DNA from: Promethearchaeota archaeon | GTDB lineage: Archaea; Asgardarchaeota; Thorarchaeia; Thorarchaeales; Thorarchaeaceae | Assembly (NCBI GenBank): GCA_014728035.1 | Contig: WJMJ01000034.1 | Coordinates: 30,541 to 94,540 of the forward strand | Direction: 5' to 3' | Length of the DNA: 64,000 bases | Shown: positions 10,194-19,031 of the stretch, piece after piece | Layout of the letters: each line of letters starts with the position of its first letter | Numbering within the stretch: the first letter of the stretch is position 1 | Translations under genes and position numbers: made by a program | The notes under the pieces: generated by a model | The model's input: only the letters and a program-made list of their open reading frames with translations | The model's database searches: none | Told to the model about the DNA's origin: nothing

Positions 10194-10649
10194 ATGAACG
10201 TGTTCGTTTGGGTAATAGTAATAGTTGGCACAATGATTCTGATGTTGTTCAACTACTATCTAAACAAAGCACCAGGAGCAGATCCTGACGATTACGTAGT
10301 AGGACCGCCAGAATTAGGCATAACCTGCGATTGTTTCCTGAATGTCCTCATCTTAGGAGGAATTGCAGTTATTGCAATATCAACAAATTCCGCATTATTT
10401 GATAGCAGATTAGAGCTCTATACAGTAGGAATTGTCGCATTCTTTGCGATTACTATCGCCGGATATTTTGGGAGAAGAGAACGACATCGCGAATGGAGAG
10501 AGTTGCGTAAAACATTCCAAAGAGTTATCCCAGAATCATCTACGAGGTCTTTTGGTAGGCCTTCATTCGAAATATTTTATGATGAGGATTATTTCGATGA
10601 ATATGAAGAGAATGATGATGACGAAGAAGATTGGAGATATGATCCTTAG
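10194..10649 (+). CDS. Small 3-TM membrane protein with acidic C-terminal tail
   Basis: Three hydrophobic segments, D/E-rich tail; 8 nt after the PIN gene. Confidence 0.65.
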   Translation: MNVFVWVIVIVGTMILMLFNYYLNKAPGADPDDYVVGPPELGITCDCFLNVLILGGIAVIAISTNSALFDSRLELYTVGIVAFFAITIAGYFGRRERHREWRELRKTFQRVIPESSTRSFGRPSFEIFYDEDYFDEYEENDDDEEDWRYDP

Positions 10650-10650
10650 A

Positions 10651-11007
10651 TTATATCACCTGTACTTTGTCATCTTTTAGATTGGGAATCTTAATAGCTA
10701 TGATTGTTACTTGTTCATCGTATGTCAAAAAGTAATGAGATTCAGATGGATCGACAATGACGATATCACCTTTTTCTAATTCAAATACTTGAGACCCAAC
10801 ACCAATTTTAGTTCGATTCAAAGTGACAAAAATCTCTTGCAATTCCGTATGTGCATGAGGAACAGTTCTAGTCTTAGAGGGTATTTGAACAAGAATGAAT
10901 CCTGCAGAATCTACGTTTTTCTGAAGAGTAATGTCAGCAACATATTCAGCAATATAACCGGCTTTCCCTTTAGTTGGTGCATGAGCACGTCGAAAGATAC
11001 GAACCAT
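10651..11007 (-). CDS. Cupin-domain protein
   Basis: PHAHTELQEIF and GDIVIVDPSESH cupin motifs; likely start MVRIFRR near 11007 rather than 11088. Confidence 0.8.
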   Translation of the reverse strand: MVRIFRRAHAPTKGKAGYIAEYVADITLQKNVDSAGFILVQIPSKTRTVPHAHTELQEIFVTLNRTKIGVGSQVFELEKGDIVIVDPSESHYFLTYDEQVTIIAIKIPNLKDDKVQVI

Positions 11008-11105
11008 ACTAATCAGTGTAACATATTCTCTCTGGTAAAAAAGATGTAGGAAAGGTGGAGGGGAACGACTGGTTTGCCGTTCACCCAATATGCGACCAAT
11101 TCGAT

Positions 11106-11249
11106 TCAGGTCTTTTCTTCCCTTTCCGAGTCATCCTCGACTTCGGGAATCTCGTCTGGAAAATCGTCAAGGTCAGCCGCTTTTCGTGATTCATCACCAC
11201 GAAGCAAATGTTTATTGAATTTCGGCTTCATTATTTCCTTTGTCTCCAT
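11106..11249 (-). CDS. Small acidic hypothetical protein
   Basis: METKEIMKPKF...DDFPDEIPEVEDDSEREEKT; composition fits the host proteome; no recognisable family. Confidence 0.35.
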   Translation of the reverse strand: METKEIMKPKFNKHLLRGDESRKAADLDDFPDEIPEVEDDSEREEKT

Positions 11250-11583
11250 GAGGACAACTGACTCAATGTAGAGAATAGCAGTCATTAATGTGAGGAACAC
11301 CCAGACAATACTAGGATTAGTATTCCAGTATTAGCTAATCTCTGAAACTGGAGATTCTCTATCAGATTCAATGAAACATGGTAAACAGTGATACCTGAGA
11401 AACTCCTTATTGAGCAGAGATGTCAAATCTCCAACTCTATATTATACTCGAATACTATAAACACCTACAAGACTAGAAAAAGGTAATATTGAAACTAGTA
11501 ATAATTATCAAGACGTAACCTCCTCTGAAAGAAAGACATTAGTCTGAAGCTAGGAGTTATTAATTCAAAATTACAAGGGTATA

Positions 11584-12702
11584 ATGATGTCTTCCACTGA
11601 AACACAACCTGAATTACGTCAAATCTATAAAACGGTAATTCTGGGGCGTGATACAACTCTGCAATCGGGGTTCTTATCTGAAGCCTCAGGTGAGCAGATT
11701 TCATACCAATTGTATCATTTTTTACGCGTGGGCATAGGTGTTTGTAGAGTTCATCATGACTCAGGTCACACCATCTTTCAGATGTGGTCACTTCCTGATG
11801 GAGACAAACTGAATGAAATAACCAAGAGTTTTCTTAATGGTCATTCTGCAGCAGTTATTGTTGTAAGACCAAGCGACATCGATTACGTTCAAGATTTAGT
11901 TTCACTCGGTATCGAAACACGTAAAGTCACAGCAGTTGTGGTTGTGGGGTCGATTCAAAATGCAGAAATAATCGCATCGGAATTATTCGGACATCACAAA
12001 CACACCTTAAATGTTGAATCAGCTAGATCGGTTAATGAGGTTATGAAAACTGTGTCAGACATGCTGCTTAGAAAGCAGTCGCAGTCGCACATTTTGAAGG
12101 TTCTCTCGGTGGATCCATCAGCGTGCATGCCTTTTGAACCAACTCTTCATAGTTCTCAAACACCCTTGAATACAAGTCAAGAAATCAAACAAATAATAGA
12201 ATTTTGTGATTCCTTTGCTACTAAGACAGCAGAAAAAGAATGCATCATCGATATCGATGAAGGGCTTGCATCTATCGACCTAACTACTGGTGCTGTAAGG
12301 TTTAAGCCTGAGTTATGCAAATTCTGTGAGAGAGATTGTCCTCGTTCGATACACATCTGTATTGTTGGAATCGACTCGGGTTGGTCTTCAGAAGGATTGG
12401 GAACCAGAGCCCTATTAACAATGGCAAAAATCTATGCATTAGCTAATCGGGAATTGCCTGCACATGTCGAAAAGCAACTTCATTTTGCATCACGATGTAA
12501 AAATTTCAGTTTAAAAAGAGAATTAGAAAATGACGAGTATACAGCAGCTGTGTTGTCTGATTTGGGATATGAACCAGTTACATCAAAAACAGACCTACTA
12601 GAAGCTGCTATGAAACGAGTTCGAGAAGGACGAATGTCAGCATCTTTATACTCATTTTTGCGAGGTACTCTACAACGAATCCGTGAAACTAGTGATTCGT
12701 AG
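11584..12702 (+). CDS. Degenerate Rab/Ras-like small-GTPase domain fused to a Cys-rich (putative metal-binding) domain
   Basis: IYKTVILG...IFQMWSLPDGDKLNEITKSFLNGHSAAVIVV follows Rab beta1 and beta3-switch II-beta4 spacing, but GKS/T and DxxG are lost; later CKFCERDC..C..C. Confidence 0.6.
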   Translation: MMSSTETQPELRQIYKTVILGRDTTLQSGFLSEASGEQISYQLYHFLRVGIGVCRVHHDSGHTIFQMWSLPDGDKLNEITKSFLNGHSAAVIVVRPSDIDYVQDLVSLGIETRKVTAVVVVGSIQNAEIIASELFGHHKHTLNVESARSVNEVMKTVSDMLLRKQSQSHILKVLSVDPSACMPFEPTLHSSQTPLNTSQEIKQIIEFCDSFATKTAEKECIIDIDEGLASIDLTTGAVRFKPELCKFCERDCPRSIHICIVGIDSGWSSEGLGTRALLTMAKIYALANRELPAHVEKQLHFASRCKNFSLKRELENDEYTAAVLSDLGYEPVTSKTDLLEAAMKRVREGRMSASLYSFLRGTLQRIRETSDS

Positions 12703-12716
12703 TTCTGGCGAGTGAC

Positions 12717-13220
12717 ATGACCAAACGCACAATATCAGTTATAGGTGGTTCTGAAGTAGACTCTGAAACTATCAAGATTGCATACGAAGTCGGAGCTGAG
12801 ATAGCAAGAAGAGATATCGTTCTCATTTGTGGTGGAATGGGAGGAGTTATGGAATCTGCTTGTAAAGGAGCAAAAGAAATGGGAGGCACAACAGTGGGCA
12901 TCCTGCCGACAGACACAAGAGAACATGGAAATCAGTATTTAGATATCGCAATACCTACTGGACTAGGGTATACAAGAAACTTCATTGTTGCTAAAGCAGC
13001 GGACGGAGTAATAGCTATTAACGGATCAGCGGGAACTCTTAGTGAAATGGCAATAGCTTGGTTTTCCGATATACCGATAGTAGCACTTACAATTTCCGGA
13101 GGATGGGCAGAAAAACTAGCGGGTAAAAAGATTGACCATAGAAGAGAAGATATCATATTTCCTGCAAATACTGCACATGAAGCTGTTCAAGCTATTTTTA
13201 CAGCAAATAAATGGGACTAA
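12717..13220 (+). CDS. TIGR00725 / LOG (SMF/DprA-LOG) family protein
   Basis: ICGGMGGVMESAC, TVGILP, TGLGYTRN, GSAGTLSE. Confidence 0.9.
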   Translation: MTKRTISVIGGSEVDSETIKIAYEVGAEIARRDIVLICGGMGGVMESACKGAKEMGGTTVGILPTDTREHGNQYLDIAIPTGLGYTRNFIVAKAADGVIAINGSAGTLSEMAIAWFSDIPIVALTISGGWAEKLAGKKIDHRREDIIFPANTAHEAVQAIFTANKWD

Positions 13221-13237
13221 GACTAATGGTGTTTTGA

Positions 13238-14074
13238 ATGGAACTGACGAGGCGAATTATTGATGGAGAAGAGAGGCCTTCAATAGACGACGTGAAAAAA
13301 ATACTTGAAAATGTCCATGAATTATACAGCGAGAAGCCAAACGTAGTAAGCACTCCAAACACCTCAATATATTATATCGGCGACCTTCACGGTGAATACC
13401 AATCAGCCAAGACAGTTGCAGAAAAAATCCAACACAGCAAAGCCCATTTTGTATTTCTCGGAGATTATGCTGACCGAGGCCCTGCACAGGTGGAAACTGT
13501 AATTCTACTTCTAGCTTTAGCGATAGAATATCCAAAACGAGTGACTCTTCTGAGAGGGAATCATGAATCTGAAGAGATTGCAAAAAGTTATGGTTTCTAT
13601 ATGGATATTTCTAGAAAATATCGGGATTCTTTATTCTATAACTTCATCAAAACATATTCAGTCCTACCTCTTGCTGGTCTAAGTAGGAATGGAATCTTTT
13701 GTTGTCATGGAGGTATCCCAGAAGGAGTAAAATCTATAGATCAGATACAGACGATTGATAGATTCGACCCGAATTTCCCAGATGATATTGCATTTCAGAT
13801 TGTATGGAACGACCCTGTAGACGCATCCGTGCGCTTTCGTAGAAACATGAGGTCATCAAGAGCTCGAGAATTTGGTGAGAAAGCATTTCAAGATTTTTGT
13901 GAAGAAATTGGTGTTAATTTATTCTTTCGTGCTCATGAAGCATATAAAGAAGGATACAAGACATTCTTCGATAATAAGTTGGTAAGCATTTTCAGTACAT
14001 CATATCGAGATAAAATATCTCCAAAAGTAGCTTTTGTCGATACAAAAATAGAATACGAGATAGAGAGCTTGTAA
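13238..14074 (+). CDS. PPP-family Ser/Thr protein phosphatase
   Basis: GDLHG, GDYADRG, LRGNHE, HGGI, WNDP, FG, RAHE: the full PPP motif set. Confidence 0.92.
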   Translation: MELTRRIIDGEERPSIDDVKKILENVHELYSEKPNVVSTPNTSIYYIGDLHGEYQSAKTVAEKIQHSKAHFVFLGDYADRGPAQVETVILLLALAIEYPKRVTLLRGNHESEEIAKSYGFYMDISRKYRDSLFYNFIKTYSVLPLAGLSRNGIFCCHGGIPEGVKSIDQIQTIDRFDPNFPDDIAFQIVWNDPVDASVRFRRNMRSSRAREFGEKAFQDFCEEIGVNLFFRAHEAYKEGYKTFFDNKLVSIFSTSYRDKISPKVAFVDTKIEYEIESL

Positions 14075-14184
14075 TAATTACTTGTACATAATTTGCTCTT
14101 GAGTCAAATACTTAAGAGGGACAAATAACGCAAACACGACTGTAAACTTCATAAGCTACGAAGTCTGCTAACGAGATGATTGAA

Positions 14185-15264
14185 ATGCCCAAAGTTGCCG
14201 TTGTGAAGACAAGTCCAAAAACCATTAATGAAGACATTGCGCGTCTTCTAGACTTGGCGGAGTATGAAAAACACGTTGACAAGGATGTCGCTACTTCAAT
14301 AAAGCTGAATCTTTCTTGGAGTAAATTTTATCCTGCATGTTCTACAAACCCCTATATTCTAGATGGATTATTGAAAAAGATGATAGCAGATGGATTCGAC
14401 CCCAGGTCAATCCAGGCTGTTGAAAACGAAACGGTAGTCACCAATATTTGGGCAGGAGTAAAGGGAAACAATTGGTGGCCAGTTATGCGCAAACACAAGA
14501 TTAGCTTCCTTCCACTGATAAATGCCACTTATGTTCCTGTTGAATTACCTCAAGAAACACTTGTACTTGAAAAAATATTTGGCGAAGTCATAGCTCCAGA
14601 AGAAATTTTCAATACAAATATCATTCACTTGCCGACTGTCAAGACCCATGGACATACTCAAATGACTGGAGCGTTAAAAGATTCTTTTGGCCTCTATCTA
14701 ACCAAGAATAGACACCTTGCGCATCTAAAAATTCACGAAGTGCTCGTTGACCTGTTATTATTACAGCAAACAATATCTCATTCGGAATTTGTTCTGACCG
14801 ATGGAACAGTGATGGGTGATGGCGCAGGCCCAAGAACAATGATACCAAAGATTGGCAATATTCTCATCGCAACCAACGACATGGTTGCTGCAGACACGAT
14901 TCAAAGTAGACTCATGGGTATTCCTTTGAATTTGGTCAAGAAAATACAAATCGCACACGAACTTGGTCTTGGTGTTGCTGACCCTGAAGAAATAGAAATA
15001 GTGGGTGATTTTGAATCATATCAAGATCTACCCAATTTCCATATGCAGACGAGTAAAAGCCCTGTTATCACTTGGAATAGAGGATTCCTCAAATTCCCAG
15101 GAATGGAAACTCTTCTTTTCAGGTCACCTCTTATGTGGTTGCCTACTCAACTATCCGGCCTATATCACGACGGTATCTGGTTACCACTTAAAGGAAAGAA
15201 ATGGGTCAACTGGTTCCTCGAAGAAACTGAATGGGGCGAACTCTGGAAAAGCTACTCAGAATGA
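14185..15264 (+). CDS. DUF362 domain protein (no ferredoxin tail)
   Basis: IKLN, LPTVKTH, MTGALKDSFG, DGTVMGDGAGP, DMVAAD are typical DUF362 motifs; start MPK (14185) or 14176. Confidence 0.8.
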   Translation: MPKVAVVKTSPKTINEDIARLLDLAEYEKHVDKDVATSIKLNLSWSKFYPACSTNPYILDGLLKKMIADGFDPRSIQAVENETVVTNIWAGVKGNNWWPVMRKHKISFLPLINATYVPVELPQETLVLEKIFGEVIAPEEIFNTNIIHLPTVKTHGHTQMTGALKDSFGLYLTKNRHLAHLKIHEVLVDLLLLQQTISHSEFVLTDGTVMGDGAGPRTMIPKIGNILIATNDMVAADTIQSRLMGIPLNLVKKIQIAHELGLGVADPEEIEIVGDFESYQDLPNFHMQTSKSPVITWNRGFLKFPGMETLLFRSPLMWLPTQLSGLYHDGIWLPLKGKKWVNWFLEETEWGELWKSYSE

Positions 15265-15274
15265 AGGTGAAGAA

Positions 15275-16228
15275 ATGGGATTAAAAGCATACGTGAAATT
15301 AATGCGTCCGCATCAGTGGTACAAAAATCTACTAGTATTTATTGCCTTGATATTTGCAGGAGTTAGAGCAGACCAACCGAATCGCATGTTTGACTATTTG
15401 AATATTGAGAGCCTAACCCCACTCATATTAGGTTTCTTAGCTTTCTGTGCAATCTCAAGCTTTGGATATATAATCAATGATATTGCCGATAGAAAAGAAG
15501 ATGCGGTGCATCCTGAAAAGAGGAATAGACCCATTCCCTCAGGAGAGGCGAAATTTTCCATAGCTATCATTTTAGCGATGGTACTGTTTGCTAGCGGGCT
15601 TGTTACTTCATATATACTGCATCCATTATTCTTCTTGATGGTAGTTCTCTATATCATAAATTCTCAGTTCTATAATTTCTATTTGAGAAATTGGGCAATT
15701 GTGGATGTAGCATCTATCGCTTTTGGCTTCATCCTTCGTGCAGTATCTGGCACATTCCTATTACACGTACCATTCACTTCTTGGTTAATTGTTGGAATCT
15801 TCTTCTTCGCATTAGTACTGGGATTTGGTAAACGCTACAATGAATTACAATTGCTGGGAGATGATGCTGCAGATCATAAATTCGTGTTCACTCAGTACAA
15901 CAGAGAAATATTGCAACAGGCAATTGGTGCATCTTCTACATGGGTTGTGATGTTCTATGCCCTCTACACATATCAGAATTTCATGGACATCATGGCTGAT
16001 TTTCCTGTTATGCTTACTGTGCCCATAGCTGCCGGACTAATGCTAAGATATGTCTATCTTATCTATAGTGGAAGTCCAGTTGGAAGAAAACCACATCTTG
16101 CATTCAAGGATAAAGGTATCATAGTTGGTACTATCCTTTTTGCTTTCGTATTCTTCTTGACTCTGTATTATTGGGTACCTCTAAGGGATTTCATTCTCTC
16201 TCTATTTCCAAATATTGAATGGTGGTAG
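15275..16228 (+). CDS. UbiA-family polyprenyl-phosphate phosphoribosyltransferase (DPPR synthase-like)
   Basis: MRPHQWYKNLL, YIINDIADRKEDAVHPEKRNRPIPSG, GFILRAVSG, GKRYNEL are diagnostic of the Rv3806c-like subfamily; start MGLKAY at 15275. Confidence 0.88.
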   Translation: MGLKAYVKLMRPHQWYKNLLVFIALIFAGVRADQPNRMFDYLNIESLTPLILGFLAFCAISSFGYIINDIADRKEDAVHPEKRNRPIPSGEAKFSIAIILAMVLFASGLVTSYILHPLFFLMVVLYIINSQFYNFYLRNWAIVDVASIAFGFILRAVSGTFLLHVPFTSWLIVGIFFFALVLGFGKRYNELQLLGDDAADHKFVFTQYNREILQQAIGASSTWVVMFYALYTYQNFMDIMADFPVMLTVPIAAGLMLRYVYLIYSGSPVGRKPHLAFKDKGIIVGTILFAFVFFLTLYYWVPLRDFILSLFPNIEWW

Positions 16229-16902
16229 AAATGGACTCACGCCTTTCTGCATTTGACTTGCACAGTCATACATTGCATTCGAAAGATGGCCTCAACCGAG
16301 GTCGGTATCTGTTCAAATGGATGAAGAAGAAAGGTCTCAGGGGGATGGCATTAACAGAACACTGGAGTCCTTCGATAACAAAGCCAATTGTTCATGATGG
16401 CAGATTCCTACTGAATGGTTGTGAGTTTAAAACGACAGATTATGGAGAGCTGATTGGTCTTTTCGTTACAGATACAATCGAAAATAGATCATTCGTTGAA
16501 GTTGCAGAAGATATCCATGAGCAAAATGGCCTAACAATTCTGCCACATCCGAGAGACCCCACACGAAAACATACTGCTGTTAGAAGAGGCCTCCCAGATG
16601 AGCTCATTTCAAAACATGTTGATCTGATAGAGGGAATCAATTCTAGATGCCTATTACCAATTTTTAATACATGGGCACAAAAATTGGCAGAAAAATTGAA
16701 GAAACCTGTCACTGCTGGAAGTGATGCTCATTCATGGTTAGAAATAGGGCATGCAAGAACATATCTACAAGATATCGAGACCGTCAGTGATATATATGAC
16801 AGATTGAAAAAGGGACAAACTCAGATATCCGGTTATCCATCCTTTTTCTGGGTTCACATTCCTACAATGATATGGCAAAGAATACGGAAGCTAGCAAAAT
16901 GA
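16219..16902 (+). CDS. PHP-domain phosphoesterase
   Basis: DLHSHTLHSKDG, LTEH, GCE, PHP, GSDAH; overlaps the UbiA stop. Confidence 0.88.
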   Translation: MVVEMDSRLSAFDLHSHTLHSKDGLNRGRYLFKWMKKKGLRGMALTEHWSPSITKPIVHDGRFLLNGCEFKTTDYGELIGLFVTDTIENRSFVEVAEDIHEQNGLTILPHPRDPTRKHTAVRRGLPDELISKHVDLIEGINSRCLLPIFNTWAQKLAEKLKKPVTAGSDAHSWLEIGHARTYLQDIETVSDIYDRLKKGQTQISGYPSFFWVHIPTMIWQRIRKLAK

Positions 16903-17942
16903 CAGAAATAGAAGATTGTGCAGTTGAAACAGACGAATCATTCATCAGTATACGGAAGGTCGTATTGTTTGTTCTTATTGGGATTATTCTGTATTTGGCA
17001 ATTACTTTGATTTCCAATGTTGAAGATATTGTCAATGCACTGGTAGAGATTCAATGGTGGTGGGTATTGCCAACAATGATGCTCTTGTCATTTGGAAACT
17101 ATTTGTTTAGGTATGTCAAGTGGCAATATTACCTTCAGAAGATTGATGTCAATCTTTGCCATAAGGATAGTTTCACAATATTCCTTGCAGGATTTACACT
17201 TACAACAACACCCGGAAAGATAGGAGAAGCTATCAAGGGTGTGTTCTGTAATGAAGTAGATGGAGCTCCAGTAGCAAAAACAGTACCAGTAGTGGTATCA
17301 GAGAGAGTAACAGATCTTCTAGCAATGGTTCTGTTAGCTATGATTGGTTTTGTGATAGGAGTCAATACTGAAAATCAATTATTACAAGTTCTAATGCTTG
17401 GTGGTCTAGTCTTGGTTGGTGCAATTATTCTTGGACGCCCATCATTCTACAATAAGATTGTCAAAAAGATGACGACGATAGGTCCATTGAAACGGTTTCA
17501 GGATAGTTGTGATCTAATTGAAGATACAATGACAAAGACCTTAGCTCCAAAACCGATGATACTCTCCACACTTGTTAGTGTGCCAGGATGGTTCATGGAA
17601 TGCCTTGAGCTTTGGTTGCTGCTTAGCTTGCTAAGTGGAGCTGGTCTACCTTCACTTACTGCTCCATCACTGATTCTATTGTTGGAAGCAACATTCATTC
17701 ACTCCACTGCATCAATCATAGGCGCAATATCTTTCACTCCAGGGGGATTGGTTGGTTACGAAGCTGTTTCAATCTTCTTGATAACAACATTGCTTGGCTT
17801 TCCATTAGCAGATGCAAGTGTAGCAACTATTCTGATTCGATTCGTAACGCTTTGGTTCAGCGTCATTGTCGGATTCATCGCCTTAGGAGTTCTCACAAAG
17901 ATGAATAGAAATAGGGAACAAGATGCAATCCATCAAGCTTAA
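16899..17942 (+). CDS. Flippase-like membrane protein (LPG synthase TM / UPF0104 / AglD2-like)
   Basis: RYVKW, TTPGKIGEAIK, ERVTDL, TPGGLVGYE, IRFVTLW; ATGA overlap with the PHP gene. Confidence 0.85.
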   Translation: MTEIEDCAVETDESFISIRKVVLFVLIGIILYLAITLISNVEDIVNALVEIQWWWVLPTMMLLSFGNYLFRYVKWQYYLQKIDVNLCHKDSFTIFLAGFTLTTTPGKIGEAIKGVFCNEVDGAPVAKTVPVVVSERVTDLLAMVLLAMIGFVIGVNTENQLLQVLMLGGLVLVGAIILGRPSFYNKIVKKMTTIGPLKRFQDSCDLIEDTMTKTLAPKPMILSTLVSVPGWFMECLELWLLLSLLSGAGLPSLTAPSLILLLEATFIHSTASIIGAISFTPGGLVGYEAVSIFLITTLLGFPLADASVATILIRFVTLWFSVIVGFIALGVLTKMNRNREQDAIHQA

Positions 17943-17977
17943 AACAAATTGAAAATGTACTCGCCTTGGCGAGTGTA

Positions 17978-18991
17978 ATGACCAATACGCTAGAGAAGGC
18001 AATTGCTAATGCAGAGGAAGTTGTGACTACTGAAGAAGTTGAAGAGGCAATTGAAAAGCCCTCCTTCAATTTCTATTATGGTACTGCTCCAACAGGCCCT
18101 TTTCATTTTGCATATTTAATCCCACTAAACAAGCTTGTTGAATTATCAGAGTTGGGAGGAAAGGGTACGATTCTCTTGGCAGATTATCATGCACACCTTG
18201 ACGACCAAAAGACATCTTTTGAACTCATGGAACTTCGCTCTAAATACTATGAGGAATGTATTCGTGGAGTGATGGGAAAACATGCAAATAATTTTGAATT
18301 CCTGCGTGGTTCATCCTATCAACACAAAAGAGATTATGTTGAAGACCTATACAAAATTGCAGCACGGGTAACTACAAATCGAGCTAAACGTGCATCAAGT
18401 GAAGTGGTAAGACAGAGAGGAGAAGCAAAGGTTTCTGAATTGTTGTATCCCCTACTTCAGATTCTTGATGTAAAATATCTCCGAGCGGATGTTACAGTTA
18501 GTGGAATCGACCAGAGAAACATCTACATGCTTGGCAGGGAAATCCTCGAAAGTGTCGACTATAAGAAAGGATCCTACATATTCATGCCACTACTCCCCTC
18601 CCTCAAAGGAGATGGTGCAAAGATGTCTGCTAGCGATCCGCTCTCTCACATCCGTGTTACTGATAGTCCAGCAAGTATTAAGAAAACTATCAAGAAAGCA
18701 TATTGTCCAGCTGGAAACCTCGAACAGAATCCTATCACATCAACAATGCGATTCATTGTATTCCCACGTTACAATGAAATATTAATTAAAAGAAAAGAGA
18801 AATTCGGTGGAGATGTTGAATTCAAAAGCATAGATGAATTCGAGAAAGCTTTTGTAGAGGGAGATATTCACCCAATGGATGCAAAGAATGCTGTAACTGA
18901 ATATCTAATCGATCTCCTAGAACCTGCAAGAAAGTATTTTGAAAAGAATCAAAATATTCTTGTTGAGATAGAAAAGACCTTTGAAAAATAG
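17978..18991 (+). CDS. tyrS: Tyrosine--tRNA ligase (archaeal/eukaryotic type)
   Basis: YYGTAPTGPFHFAY (HIGH-equivalent), ADYHAHLD, LYPLLQILD, GIDQR, KMSAS, HPMDAK; start may be 17966 or 17978. Confidence 0.95.
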   Translation: MTNTLEKAIANAEEVVTTEEVEEAIEKPSFNFYYGTAPTGPFHFAYLIPLNKLVELSELGGKGTILLADYHAHLDDQKTSFELMELRSKYYEECIRGVMGKHANNFEFLRGSSYQHKRDYVEDLYKIAARVTTNRAKRASSEVVRQRGEAKVSELLYPLLQILDVKYLRADVTVSGIDQRNIYMLGREILESVDYKKGSYIFMPLLPSLKGDGAKMSASDPLSHIRVTDSPASIKKTIKKAYCPAGNLEQNPITSTMRFIVFPRYNEILIKRKEKFGGDVEFKSIDEFEKAFVEGDIHPMDAKNAVTEYLIDLLEPARKYFEKNQNILVEIEKTFEK

Positions 18992-18998
18992 AGGTAGT

Positions 18999-19020
18999 GA
19001 GCGACTGGTACGAGTCGCTC
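18999..19020. terminator. Hairpin between convergent tyrS and giant surface-protein gene
   Basis: GAGCGACT-ggtacg-AGTCGCTC, perfect 8-bp stem in a 40-nt convergent gap. Confidence 0.6.
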
Positions 19021-19031
19021 TATTCCCATGT

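Noticed and set aside
15005-15274. 90-aa N-terminal extension of the UbiA ORF
   Set aside because: Overlaps the DUF362 gene; family similarity begins at MGLKAY (15275)
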